DNA of 64,000 nucleotides from positions 947-64,946 of the forward strand of contig BTVY01000025.1 of assembly GCA_045863335.1 (NCBI GenBank). The letters are read 5' to 3'. The position numbers and the translations under genes are program-made. The stretch's first letter is position 1, and each line of letters begins with the position of its first letter. This stretch comes from Candidatus Hydrogenedentota bacterium (GTDB taxonomy: Bacteria; Hydrogenedentota; Hydrogenedentia; Hydrogenedentales; SLHB01). The notes beneath the pieces were generated by a model. That model did not search any database. It saw only the letters and a list, made by a program, of their open reading frames with translations, and was not told the DNA's origin. This document shows positions 55,677 to 64,000 of the stretch, in pieces.

Positions 55677-57146
55677 GTGGGCGAGGCGGCTGAAGAGAAG
55701 CGAGCACGGAGGGGCGAAATCGCGCTGTGGATGGGCGCGGCGCTCGTGGTCCGGCTTGTGTTTCTCGCGTTGTCGCCGCGGGCCCTTGATTCGGCGGACT
55801 CCATCCGCTACCTGGAAGTGGCGAAGCTGCTTCGCGAAGGCAGCATCTTTGATTTCGATACGCGCATTCCCCTCCTCTACCCCACGCTGACGGCCCTGGC
55901 GAACCTTGTTATCCCCGATCTGGAATGGGCGGCGATTGGCGTGTCGTTGGGCGCGTCGGTATTGCTGATATGGCCGGTGATCCGGCTGTCCGATTCCATG
56001 CATGGACGTTCGACCGCGCGCATCGCGGCGCTATCCGTCTGCCTGTGGCCGTGGCTGGTCGATTACGGGTGCCGCGTCGCGCCGGAAGCGCTCATGTCGG
56101 TGTTGTGGTTCGGCGCGCTGTGGGCGTTGGCGCAGACGGTTCGGCGTGGCGGGTTTTGGCCGTATGTCGCGGCATTCCTATGCCTCGGACTGCACCTCAC
56201 TCGCCCCGAGGGCATGTTGTTGTGGGCGGCCGCGCCCTTCGTCGCCCTCATTCTTCGCGAGCCCAAACGCGATGCGCGAGCCCTGCGGTTGATTCCGTTT
56301 GTTGTCACCAGCGTGGTTCTGTTGGGGGCATACGCGCTCTATATGCGGTTGGTCACAGGCGCGGCCATCGTGTCGTCGCGCGCTGGCACGGCCTCCCTGC
56401 GATTCGCGCTGGTCGATCAGGGCGCAGCGACGGCGAGAGCCTTCCTTGCGCTGTTCGGCGAAGTGCTTCCCGTCATGCTGGGGCCCTTGCTGCTGGCGTT
56501 CGCGGGCGCGGGACTGTTCATGGCCTCGGAACGCAAACGGGATCTTCGACTGGAATTGATGATCCTGGCTTTCGCGGCGGCACAGTTTGTCCTTGCGGGA
56601 CTGAGTACCTTTGCGGAACCGCGGTACGTGATGAACGTGGCCATTGCGTTGACGCTGTGGTCCGCGCGCGGCATTGCGCTCACCGGCGCGCGCGCCTCGG
56701 CCTTACCGCGCGGCGCGTGGTTGCGCCGGGTACCTGCGGCGGTGTTGATTGCGATGTTCAGTTTTGGTCTGGCGGTCAATATCGTTCCGCCGCTCCTGGG
56801 CCGCATGTCGTATCAGCCGGTGGAGTACAAGATCGCGGGCGCGTGGATGAAGGAGCACCTTGAACCGGGATTAATCCTCTGCCGCAAACCGCAGGTGGGA
56901 TTCTACGCGGACATGCCGACCACGGGCCCCGCGCCGAATGAGTCGGTCGTGGAAGTGATTCAACGCGCGCGGGATGCTGGAGCGCGGTACCTCGTCGTGG
57001 ATGAGCGGTATACGGCGCAAATGGTGCCAAGTCTGGAGGCGCTGTTGGACCCCGCGACGGTGCCGGAAGGATTGCGCTTGCTGAAGGCGGATTTGTCGCC
57101 GTACGCGGAGGCGCGGATTGTGATTTACGCGGTGTTGCCGCGGTGA
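55677..57146 (+). CDS. ArnT/PMT-like (GT39/GT83-type) membrane glycosyltransferase
   Basis: Polytopic; N-terminal region LVVRLVFLALSPRALDSADSIRYLEVAKLL with a conserved D-x-D-like loop; a periplasmic C-terminal domain. GTG at 55677, or ATG at 55731. Confidence 0.65.
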   Translation: MGEAAEEKRARRGEIALWMGAALVVRLVFLALSPRALDSADSIRYLEVAKLLREGSIFDFDTRIPLLYPTLTALANLVIPDLEWAAIGVSLGASVLLIWPVIRLSDSMHGRSTARIAALSVCLWPWLVDYGCRVAPEALMSVLWFGALWALAQTVRRGGFWPYVAAFLCLGLHLTRPEGMLLWAAAPFVALILREPKRDARALRLIPFVVTSVVLLGAYALYMRLVTGAAIVSSRAGTASLRFALVDQGAATARAFLALFGEVLPVMLGPLLLAFAGAGLFMASERKRDLRLELMILAFAAAQFVLAGLSTFAEPRYVMNVAIALTLWSARGIALTGARASALPRGAWLRRVPAAVLIAMFSFGLAVNIVPPLLGRMSYQPVEYKIAGAWMKEHLEPGLILCRKPQVGFYADMPTTGPAPNESVVEVIQRARDAGARYLVVDERYTAQMVPSLEALLDPATVPEGLRLLKADLSPYAEARIVIYAVLPR

Positions 57147-57243
57147 GCTATGGACGATATGGACGGATAGGAGTGAAACTGCTGCGAGGTGATCGCGATT
57201 ATTCGGTGAGTTTCGGAGGCGCGGGCTTAGGATTCGTTCGCCG

Positions 57244-58125
57244 ATGACGGCTGCTGCTATGCACCGCACATCCGGCGACCGTCGCACGCTCGTGGTTCAC
57301 ACCGGTGGGATTGGTGACTTTTTGCTCTTTTGTCCTTCCCTTCTTCGGCTTCGGGAAGAAGGTCCGGTTACGCTCGCGGGGTTCCGCGACCGGCTGAATC
57401 TTGCCGTCGTGACGGGGATTGCGGAGGATGCGTTGGACCTGGATGACACGGGATTCGAGTCGGTGTTTTCCGAACCCAATGCGATTTTGCAGCGCTTTCT
57501 CGCGCGATTCGACCGGGCGGTGGTGTGGATGAATGACGACGGCGCGATTGCACGCGCGTTTGAAGCCTGCGGTGTTGGCGATTTGCGTGTGTTCCCGGGT
57601 CTCCCACCGGAGGGCTGGACGCGGCATGCGTCGGCGTATTACGCAGAGCAATTGGGACTCGGTGCATTGCCGCCGTTTCGACTCCCTATCGAGGCATCAG
57701 AGACTCCGCATGACGTGTTGATTCATCCCGGCAGCGGAGGAAAGAAGAAGAACTGGCCTATGGAGCGTTTTGCCGAAGTCGCAGCGCGGCTGACGCAGCT
57801 TGGCAGGAACGTTGCGTGGATTCGCGGGCCGGCGGAGGAATCGATACGGATCCCTCCTGGAGCGAACCTGATCGAGACGCCGTCATTGGTAACGCTGGCG
57901 CGTGATCTGGCAGCTACGCGGTTGTACGTGGGGAACGACAGCGGGGTCACGCACCTCGCGGCGGCATGCGGATGCCGGACGGTGGCGGTCTTCGGGCCGA
58001 CGGACCCGGCGGTCTGGGCGCCGCGCGGGGAGCACGTGACGGTGGTTCATGGCGACCCGTGGCCGGGGATCGGGGATGTTATGGACGGTATGGGCGATAT
58101 GGACCGGATGGACAGCGCCGGGTAG
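57244..58125 (+). CDS. glycosyltransferase family 9 (heptosyltransferase-like)
   Basis: LVVHTGGIGDFLLFCPSL...LIHPGSGGKKKNWPMERF...YVGNDSGVTHLAAACGCRTVAVFGPTDPAVWAP are GT9 signature blocks. Confidence 0.75.
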   Translation: MTAAAMHRTSGDRRTLVVHTGGIGDFLLFCPSLLRLREEGPVTLAGFRDRLNLAVVTGIAEDALDLDDTGFESVFSEPNAILQRFLARFDRAVVWMNDDGAIARAFEACGVGDLRVFPGLPPEGWTRHASAYYAEQLGLGALPPFRLPIEASETPHDVLIHPGSGGKKKNWPMERFAEVAARLTQLGRNVAWIRGPAEESIRIPPGANLIETPSLVTLARDLAATRLYVGNDSGVTHLAAACGCRTVAVFGPTDPAVWAPRGEHVTVVHGDPWPGIGDVMDGMGDMDRMDSAG

Positions 58126-58201
58126 TTCTCAGAAAACGAAACCGATTGTCAGGGGATGCCGCGCTCGGCGAGCGCGGCAGTACGAGTTCAACGCGTTCCC
58201 G

Positions 58202-59122
58202 TCAGTTGGCGTTGGCGGCTTCGACGGCGGGGCGCCAGTACTCGACCGACTCCTTGAGATCCTGCACGACGGTGTAGTCGCTGGGCCAGCGTTCGCGGTG
58301 GCTGATCTCCAGTAGGAGCGTGCATTTCTCGATGCCGGCGTCGCGCATGGTCGCCAGGATCTCCGAGGGGATAATCTTGCCGCGTTCGTTGTACTGCGCG
58401 GTGAAGGGGTAGTGCCCCCCTTTTTCACGGAGGCTTTGCTTGATGTGGATGCAGGGCGATTCCTTGCCAAAAGCCCGAATCCAGGCATGGGGGTCGGTGT
58501 CGTCGGGGTCGGTGGACTGGAGGTCGCCGTGGTCCACGTCGAGGCAGAGCAACATGGGGATGGCGAATCCTTCCGCGCAACGGTCCATGATGTCCCGCGT
58601 GGCCGGGATCGTTTCGGCTACTTCGCGGGGAATCGACATGGGCTCGAAAATCATGTAATCGAAACCGATCTCCGCGCCGTATTCGGATAGTTCCCGCCAG
58701 GCGTTAACGGCCTGTTGAATGCGCCGCTCCCGAATGGCGGGATCCGCATTGTCGCGGACCGACATGATTCCAAAATGGCTCCCTCCCCCTTCGGCGCCAA
58801 GGTCGCGGGAGAGGCGGAAGAAACGCTTGAACCAATCGGTCCAGACCTGTTGTATCTCCGGGTTCGGATGCATAAGATGATTCACGCGCGTAAAGGCTGA
58901 CGTAAAAGTCGTCTGCACGCGAATGGATTTCCTGGCGCAGAGATCCCGGATGATTTCCGCTTCCCGCCGGACGACGTCTTCGGGCAAGAACGGGTTGAGC
59001 AGATCCGCCGTGAATTGGACGTTGCCAAGGCCCAGTTCGTCCGCCACAACCGCAACCCAATCATCGGGTTCGGGAAAACGGTTGATGGCGAAGCCGGTAT
59101 TGATGCCGAGGGTAACGTGCAT
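58202..59122 (-). CDS. sugar phosphate isomerase/epimerase (xylose isomerase-like TIM barrel)
   Basis: Third paralogue in the window; LGINTGFAINRFPEPDDWV...LLEISHRE. Confidence 0.7.
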   Translation of the reverse strand: MHVTLGINTGFAINRFPEPDDWVAVVADELGLGNVQFTADLLNPFLPEDVVRREAEIIRDLCARKSIRVQTTFTSAFTRVNHLMHPNPEIQQVWTDWFKRFFRLSRDLGAEGGGSHFGIMSVRDNADPAIRERRIQQAVNAWRELSEYGAEIGFDYMIFEPMSIPREVAETIPATRDIMDRCAEGFAIPMLLCLDVDHGDLQSTDPDDTDPHAWIRAFGKESPCIHIKQSLREKGGHYPFTAQYNERGKIIPSEILATMRDAGIEKCTLLLEISHRERWPSDYTVVQDLKESVEYWRPAVEAANAN

Positions 59123-59294
59123 GGGAGATTCCTGTGTAATCGCGGCGAATTCAGTTCATGCTGTAGCGGTCGGCAGGTTGTAGCATATGTACTTGGCGCA
59201 AGTAAACCGGCGGATATTCGTTTGACACGGGCGGTATCCAGGGCGTAGTATTTGATATTGTATTATCATTAACATCCCCCGATGGAGTAGGTCG

Positions 59295-59957
59295 ATGGTT
59301 ACGATGAGCGATTGCCGGCGGCGGCTGGGGCCCGGCGTGGAGTTCTATTGCGAGAAGTTCCACGCGCCCGAGGGGGTCCAGATGGCGCTGTGGGGTCCCA
59401 GCGGGTGCGGGAAGAGCACGATGCTCAACCTCATCACGGGATTGTTGCGTCCGGACGCGGGCCGTATCGAGGTGGACGGTACCGAAACGACGAAACTGCG
59501 GAGCGGCCAATTGGACCGGTTCCGGGGAGAGCGGTTTGGATTCGTCTTTCAGACGTTCAATCTGCTCGGACCGTTTACGGCGCTGCAGAACGTGATGCTC
59601 GGCATGCGGTTCGCCGACACCCGGCCGCCTGGAGAGTGGCGGCCACACGCAAAAGAGTTGCTGGAACGCGTGGGCCTGGCGCACCGGATGCATAGCAAGC
59701 CTACGACCATGAGCGTAGGTGAACGGCAGCGGGTCGCCATCGCGCGGGCGCTTGCGAACAAGCAGAGAATCGTCGTGGCCGACGAGCCGACGGGGAGTCT
59801 GGATCCCAAAACATCGAAAGCGGTCATGGATCTCCTCCTGGAGTTGTGCGCGGAGGAAAAGTTGACGCTCCTGCTGGTCACCCATGACGCGGGGATTGCC
59901 GAGCGGCTTCCAGAACAGTTCGACTGCACGGGGCTTGCCCGGGAGGTGCAGTCATGA
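59295..59957 (+). CDS. ABC transporter ATP-binding protein (LolD/MacB/FtsE-like)
   Basis: Walker A GPSGCGKST, Q-loop, signature MSVGERQR, Walker B IVVADEPTGSLD. Confidence 0.85.
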   Translation: MVTMSDCRRRLGPGVEFYCEKFHAPEGVQMALWGPSGCGKSTMLNLITGLLRPDAGRIEVDGTETTKLRSGQLDRFRGERFGFVFQTFNLLGPFTALQNVMLGMRFADTRPPGEWRPHAKELLERVGLAHRMHSKPTTMSVGERQRVAIARALANKQRIVVADEPTGSLDPKTSKAVMDLLLELCAEEKLTLLLVTHDAGIAERLPEQFDCTGLAREVQS

Positions 59958-61318
59958 CGATCTGGCATATCGCGTGGAATTATCTCTGGAACCGGAAGCT
60001 AACGACGATCCTCACGATCGTTTCCGTGGCTTTGGGTGTGGGGCTTATTACGTCGGTCCTGCTGTTACGCGACGAAACGGAACGGCGTTTCGTCGAGGAA
60101 GGGCAGGCCTTTGATGTCGCCATTGGCGCGAAGGGCAGCACCCAGCAACTCGTGCTAAGCACGGTGTATTTCATCGGACAACCGGCCGGCAACATTTCGT
60201 ACGAGAGTTACGAGCAGGTCAAGAACGACCCGCAAGTGGAAGCTGCCTTCCCCATCGCCATGGGCGATTCATTCCAGGGATATCGCATCGTGGGGACGAC
60301 CGTCGAATTGTTCCAGCACGACTGGACTAATCGGATAACGGGCGAGCCGCGGGATACCTACCAACTGGCGGATGGCCGGTATTTTGAGGAATCGCTGGAG
60401 GCCGTCATTGGCAGTGAGGTCGCGGCATCGGCTGGCCTGTCCGTGGGCGATACCTTTGTCAGTACCCACGGACTCACCCAATTTGAGGGCGTAGAAGCGC
60501 ATGGCGACACACCGTATACGGTCGTCGGCGTAATGAAACCTTCCGGGACCCCGAACGACCGGGTCATCTTTTGTTCACTCGATTCCATCTGGCACGTGCA
60601 CGAGCACGAGTACGGCACGCCGAGCCTGACGGGCGGGGTGTCGGTCACCGAACTGGCTTCGGGGGCCGTTGCGGAAGAGACGCATGCCGAAGACGAGGCG
60701 CACGAGGCAGAGCATGGTCATGAGGAGGCGGAACACGCCCATGAAGATGAAGACCATGAGCATCACGACAAGGAGGTCACGTCTGTCCTCGTGGTGCTTG
60801 AAAGCCCGGCCATGCGTTTCGAGTTCATTCGGCGCGTGCTCACGGACTTTCCAAACGTCGTGGCGGCGAATCCAGTCCAGGAGATTCAGGACTTGTATAA
60901 CCAGTTGCTCGGAACGGCGCGCCAGGTTCTGCTCGCCATCGGATATCTGGTTGTCATTATTTCGTCGATCTCGATTTTGATTGGACTCTATCTCTCCATC
61001 ATCCAGCGGAAGCGGGACCTGGCCATCATGCGGGCCCTCGGCGCGGCGGCCGGCGAGATCATGGGTGCGGTGCTTATCGAAGCATTTTGGGTGACGCTGT
61101 TGGGCATTGCCTCGGGGTGGGTCGTGGGCACGGGCCTGACGTATGTGTTGAGCGGATACCTCACCGAACGGTTCGGGTTTGCCATATCCGTGTTTCGCCC
61201 GAGCCCCGATATGGTGTCGGCCTATTCCGCGGTGCTGCTCATGGGGATGTTCGCGGGAATCGTCCCGGCGTTTCAGGCCTACCGGACGGATATCGCAAGA
61301 GACCTCGCGGAACCGTAA
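59954..61318 (+). CDS. FtsX-like ABC permease (MacB-type) with His/Glu-rich insertion
   Basis: ATGA overlap with the ATPase gene. N-terminal transmembrane helix, a large periplasmic domain, a C-terminal FtsX 4-TM bundle, and the insert ETHAEDEAHEAEHGHEEAEHAHEDEDHEHHDKE. Confidence 0.8.
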   Translation: MTIWHIAWNYLWNRKLTTILTIVSVALGVGLITSVLLLRDETERRFVEEGQAFDVAIGAKGSTQQLVLSTVYFIGQPAGNISYESYEQVKNDPQVEAAFPIAMGDSFQGYRIVGTTVELFQHDWTNRITGEPRDTYQLADGRYFEESLEAVIGSEVAASAGLSVGDTFVSTHGLTQFEGVEAHGDTPYTVVGVMKPSGTPNDRVIFCSLDSIWHVHEHEYGTPSLTGGVSVTELASGAVAEETHAEDEAHEAEHGHEEAEHAHEDEDHEHHDKEVTSVLVVLESPAMRFEFIRRVLTDFPNVVAANPVQEIQDLYNQLLGTARQVLLAIGYLVVIISSISILIGLYLSIIQRKRDLAIMRALGAAAGEIMGAVLIEAFWVTLLGIASGWVVGTGLTYVLSGYLTERFGFAISVFRPSPDMVSAYSAVLLMGMFAGIVPAFQAYRTDIARDLAEP

Positions 61319-61455
61319 CCACTGAATCGAGAGTGTGTTGTACATGCCCTGGCCACGATCTCGCAGCGCCCCCGGCTCGCAGATCGGGGGTTGGCAATTG
61401 CCCGCCGGAAATATGCTATAGTATCGGGCGGTTTTGGCAACTGGAGGTTCATTTT

Positions 61456-62139
61456 GTGAGACGTCGTGTAGTCAGAGATCTGGGTACGATCATCGGCGTG
61501 GTTGTGATTCTCGCCGGTGTGGTTGGCGTGAATTTTTACATGCGCCTCGAAGGCCTGCAGGAAAAGTACGACCAGATTCGCCGGTCCTACGAACAGCAGG
61601 CGGTCCAAAAAGGCACGGAACTGCTCGACTGGGAGTTGTTGCGCAAGACCAAGGGTTCGCTATATAGCGGGCCAACCTTTGACGAGGAGTTGAAAGCCAT
61701 CGCGGGGCAGAGCGTGAACCTGATGGGGTTCATGACGCCCATCGACGAGTTCCGCGACGCCACCCATTTCATGTTGCTCCGGTTGCCCATCGAATGCTAT
61801 TTCTGCAACGCTCCCCCCATGCGGGACGTCATGCTGGTTCGGATGGCCGAAGGCCAGTGGGTCAACATGGTGGAAGAGCCGGTACTCATGTCGGGCACGC
61901 TTAAACTCAGTGCCGGCGGTGACGAGAAGTTCTTCTACACGCTTGAGAATGCGATACGCACCACCATAGGCGAGACGACCGAGAAGCGTTTCACGCAGCA
62001 GCATCGGCAAGAGGGCCAGACCATGGGACGCGACCTTTTGTCGGTCGACGATCACGCGGGCCAACAGCCCGAGCCTGCTCAGGAGCAGATGCTGCCGCCG
62101 ACCGAGCTGCCGAAACCGGACGCGGAGCCGGCGCCCTAG
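61456..62139 (+). CDS. DUF3299-like periplasmic protein (tentative), N-terminal TM anchor
   Basis: GTG start with a GGAGG ribosome-binding site. Anchor IIGVVVILAGVVGV. It has a conserved CYFC motif (LPIECYFCNAPPMRDV). Proteins of this type commonly sit next to MacB/FtsX-like transporters. Confidence 0.45.
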   Translation: MRRRVVRDLGTIIGVVVILAGVVGVNFYMRLEGLQEKYDQIRRSYEQQAVQKGTELLDWELLRKTKGSLYSGPTFDEELKAIAGQSVNLMGFMTPIDEFRDATHFMLLRLPIECYFCNAPPMRDVMLVRMAEGQWVNMVEEPVLMSGTLKLSAGGDEKFFYTLENAIRTTIGETTEKRFTQQHRQEGQTMGRDLLSVDDHAGQQPEPAQEQMLPPTELPKPDAEPAP

Positions 62140-62241
62140 CGTTGCATCCGGATTGATTTTTGCGGCCTTCATCGGACTCGGTGAAGGCCGTTTCTTGTTT
62201 CCGGGCGTCTATCCGGAATGGTTACGGTCGAGGGTTGTTCA

Positions 62242-62964
62242 ATGCCGCATTTGCACCGGTTCTTCGCAACGCCGGAAGACGATGATCCGGGCCGCGCCAT
62301 CCTGCGGGATGAAGAAGCCCACCACGCAATCCACGTCGTACGCCTGAAGCCGGGCGATGAAATCGCCGTATTCGACGGACAGGGCCGAACCTGGATCGGC
62401 GAGATCGAAAGCCTGTCGCGGCGCGAGGTGCGGGTTCGGCTGACTGGCGAGGCCTGCGTTCCGCGGCCCGATACCCAGGTGACGCTTGTTCAGGCGTGGC
62501 TCCACCGCGACAAGTCTATTGAAGAGATCATACGCCGCTGCACCGAAATCGGCGTAGACCGGTTCGTGTTCTTCCCCGCTGCGCGGTCGGAGCGTCCGCC
62601 TAAGGCCAACAGCAAGTGGAACCGCCTCGCCGTGGAATCCTGCAAACAGTGCGGCCGGGTTTGGCTCCCGGAATTCCACGTCGCCGATTCGCTCGACTAC
62701 GCTCTGGCGCTGATGGACGGTCCGATCCTTGCCGCGACCTTGGATGGGGAGCCCGTTGCCCTGTCCGATGCTGTGTCCTCGAACCGCATTGGCTTTCTCG
62801 TCGGTCCGGAAGGGGACTTTACCCGCGAAGAACTCGCGCGCCTAACCCAGGCGCATGCGACGCCGATAGGCCTCGGTGCCACGGTATTTCGCTCGGAGGT
62901 GGCTGCGGTCGTGGGATGCAGTTTGGTCCTGTATGAACTCGGCCGCCTTGGCCCCAGGGTCTGA
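62242..62964 (+). CDS. rsmE: 16S rRNA (uracil1498-N3)-methyltransferase
   Basis: PUA-like N-terminus HHAIHVVRLKPGDEIAVFDGQG and the SPOUT C-terminus IGFLVGPEGDFTREEL...GATVFRSEVAAVV are canonical RsmE. Confidence 0.85.
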   Translation: MPHLHRFFATPEDDDPGRAILRDEEAHHAIHVVRLKPGDEIAVFDGQGRTWIGEIESLSRREVRVRLTGEACVPRPDTQVTLVQAWLHRDKSIEEIIRRCTEIGVDRFVFFPAARSERPPKANSKWNRLAVESCKQCGRVWLPEFHVADSLDYALALMDGPILAATLDGEPVALSDAVSSNRIGFLVGPEGDFTREELARLTQAHATPIGLGATVFRSEVAAVVGCSLVLYELGRLGPRV

Positions 62965-62990
62965 CCAATCTGCTCCTGCGGGGAATTTGA

Positions 62991-63947
62991 TCAGCTTGCG
63001 CGATCTCGAACGCGGCTCTGCGCGACGACAAGCATGACGCCGCCGGCCACGACCAGAAGACCGCCGATAGCCTGAAGTGTGGTCATGCGTTCGGAAAGGA
63101 TAAGGGTCGCTCCCAATAGAGTAACGAACGGGGTGGCCATTTGAAGGCCGGTTGACACAATGGCGCCCATTCCTTGAATCGCGCGGTAGTAGAGGACGTG
63201 CGCGAACGCGATGCCGGAAATTGCGGAAACCGCCACGAGGCCGAGGGTGGGCACACTTGTTTCTGCAAGCGCCGCATAGTCTCCGAATAGGAACATCAGC
63301 ACCAATAGCCCGGACGCCGTGTAGAGGCTGATCACGCCAAAACTAAGCCGGGCCGGATACCCGGCCATGAATCGGCGCACGACGACCGCATAGGCACCGA
63401 ACATGATGGTGGTGACAAGAAACACTGCCAAGCCCACCATCGACGCCGTGCTTTGGCCTCCCAGATCCTGCAGGAACATCCCCACCACGCCGCCGACGCA
63501 TACGAGGGTTCCGCCGAGAAACCAGGGGTCCCGCACGACCGGCCGCTCTTCGCGAATGAACAGGAAACCGAAAACGATGGTGAACAGGAAGTGCAGTTTG
63601 TAGGCGAATCCGATGACGCTGGCTTCCAAGTAGTAGGGTGTGATGGCCCAGCAAGTCTGGCCGACGAGATTGATTACGGTGGGTACCAGGGCGCTGCGCC
63701 AGACGCCCCAGCGAGGGCGGACATGGCTGTCCGATTTCCTATCGCGGAGTAACGCGATCACGAAGGGCAGCCAGAACAGCGCCCCCACGGTATACCGCAC
63801 CCCGTTGACGGTCCACGAGTCGAGATCATCGATAAACATGCGCAGAAATACGGGCGTTGTGCCGTAACACACAACGGCGCCGAGGGCTGCGGCGAGGGCC
63901 AGGGAATCGTTTCGGTGAAGGGATTGCATAAGACTCCACAGTGACAT
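62991..63947 (-). CDS. DMT-superfamily (EamA-like) transporter
   Basis: Ten transmembrane helices in two EamA-type repeats. Confidence 0.75.
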   Translation of the reverse strand: MSLWSLMQSLHRNDSLALAAALGAVVCYGTTPVFLRMFIDDLDSWTVNGVRYTVGALFWLPFVIALLRDRKSDSHVRPRWGVWRSALVPTVINLVGQTCWAITPYYLEASVIGFAYKLHFLFTIVFGFLFIREERPVVRDPWFLGGTLVCVGGVVGMFLQDLGGQSTASMVGLAVFLVTTIMFGAYAVVVRRFMAGYPARLSFGVISLYTASGLLVLMFLFGDYAALAETSVPTLGLVAVSAISGIAFAHVLYYRAIQGMGAIVSTGLQMATPFVTLLGATLILSERMTTLQAIGGLLVVAGGVMLVVAQSRVRDRAS

Positions 63948-64000
63948 ACTACGTGCTGAAACAAATCGGCGTGCGTCCGCATACCATAGGAATTTCGCGC

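Overview
This is a high-GC (~62%) chromosomal segment whose gene content points to a Planctomycetota/PVC-type genome. The supporting families are a DUF1559 prepilin-like protein, a sulfatase with a CxAxR motif, GH20 and GH172-like enzymes, four xylose-isomerase-like TIM-barrel genes and three Gfo/Idh/MocA genes. I call about 54 protein genes and one tRNA-Ser(GCU). I see no rRNA, CRISPR array, transposase or integrase. Housekeeping content includes ettA, hspQ-like, CPD photolyase, fabH, uppP, rsmE and a complete glycine-cleavage cluster (gcvT-gcvH-gcvPA-gcvPB) followed by an LplA/LipM-family lipoate ligase. Accessory content includes a BtuF/FecB-type ABC importer with a possible cobalamin-riboswitch-like leader, a flotillin-YqiJ pair, VapBC, an FtsEX/MacB-like ABC pair with a DUF3299 partner, three ArnT/GT39-like membrane glycosyltransferases (one fused to PAP2) and a GT9 enzyme. 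Other accessory genes are a kexin-like S8 protease with Asp-rich calcium-binding-type repeats, a stand-alone AICAR-transformylase (PurH C-terminal) domain protein, and a PAS sensor with a 4-Cys C-terminal module. The most unusual signal is not a protein. Several families of short intergenic repeats recur through the window: (i) a ~38-bp REP-like element ending in the perfect palindrome TCCCCCTTCGAAGGGGGA (5 copies plus a fragment, two forming an inverted pair around a 147-bp insert); (ii) 10-bp-periodic CACGGAC arrays at three loci, two starting immediately after stop codons and one present as an inverted double array inserted in-frame in a four-helix-bundle gene; (iii) a 24-bp tandem array of GNRA-type mini-hairpins; (iv) several long (19-24 bp stem) hairpins in 5' leaders. 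All function calls come from motif-level reading of the translations and are unverified by any search.
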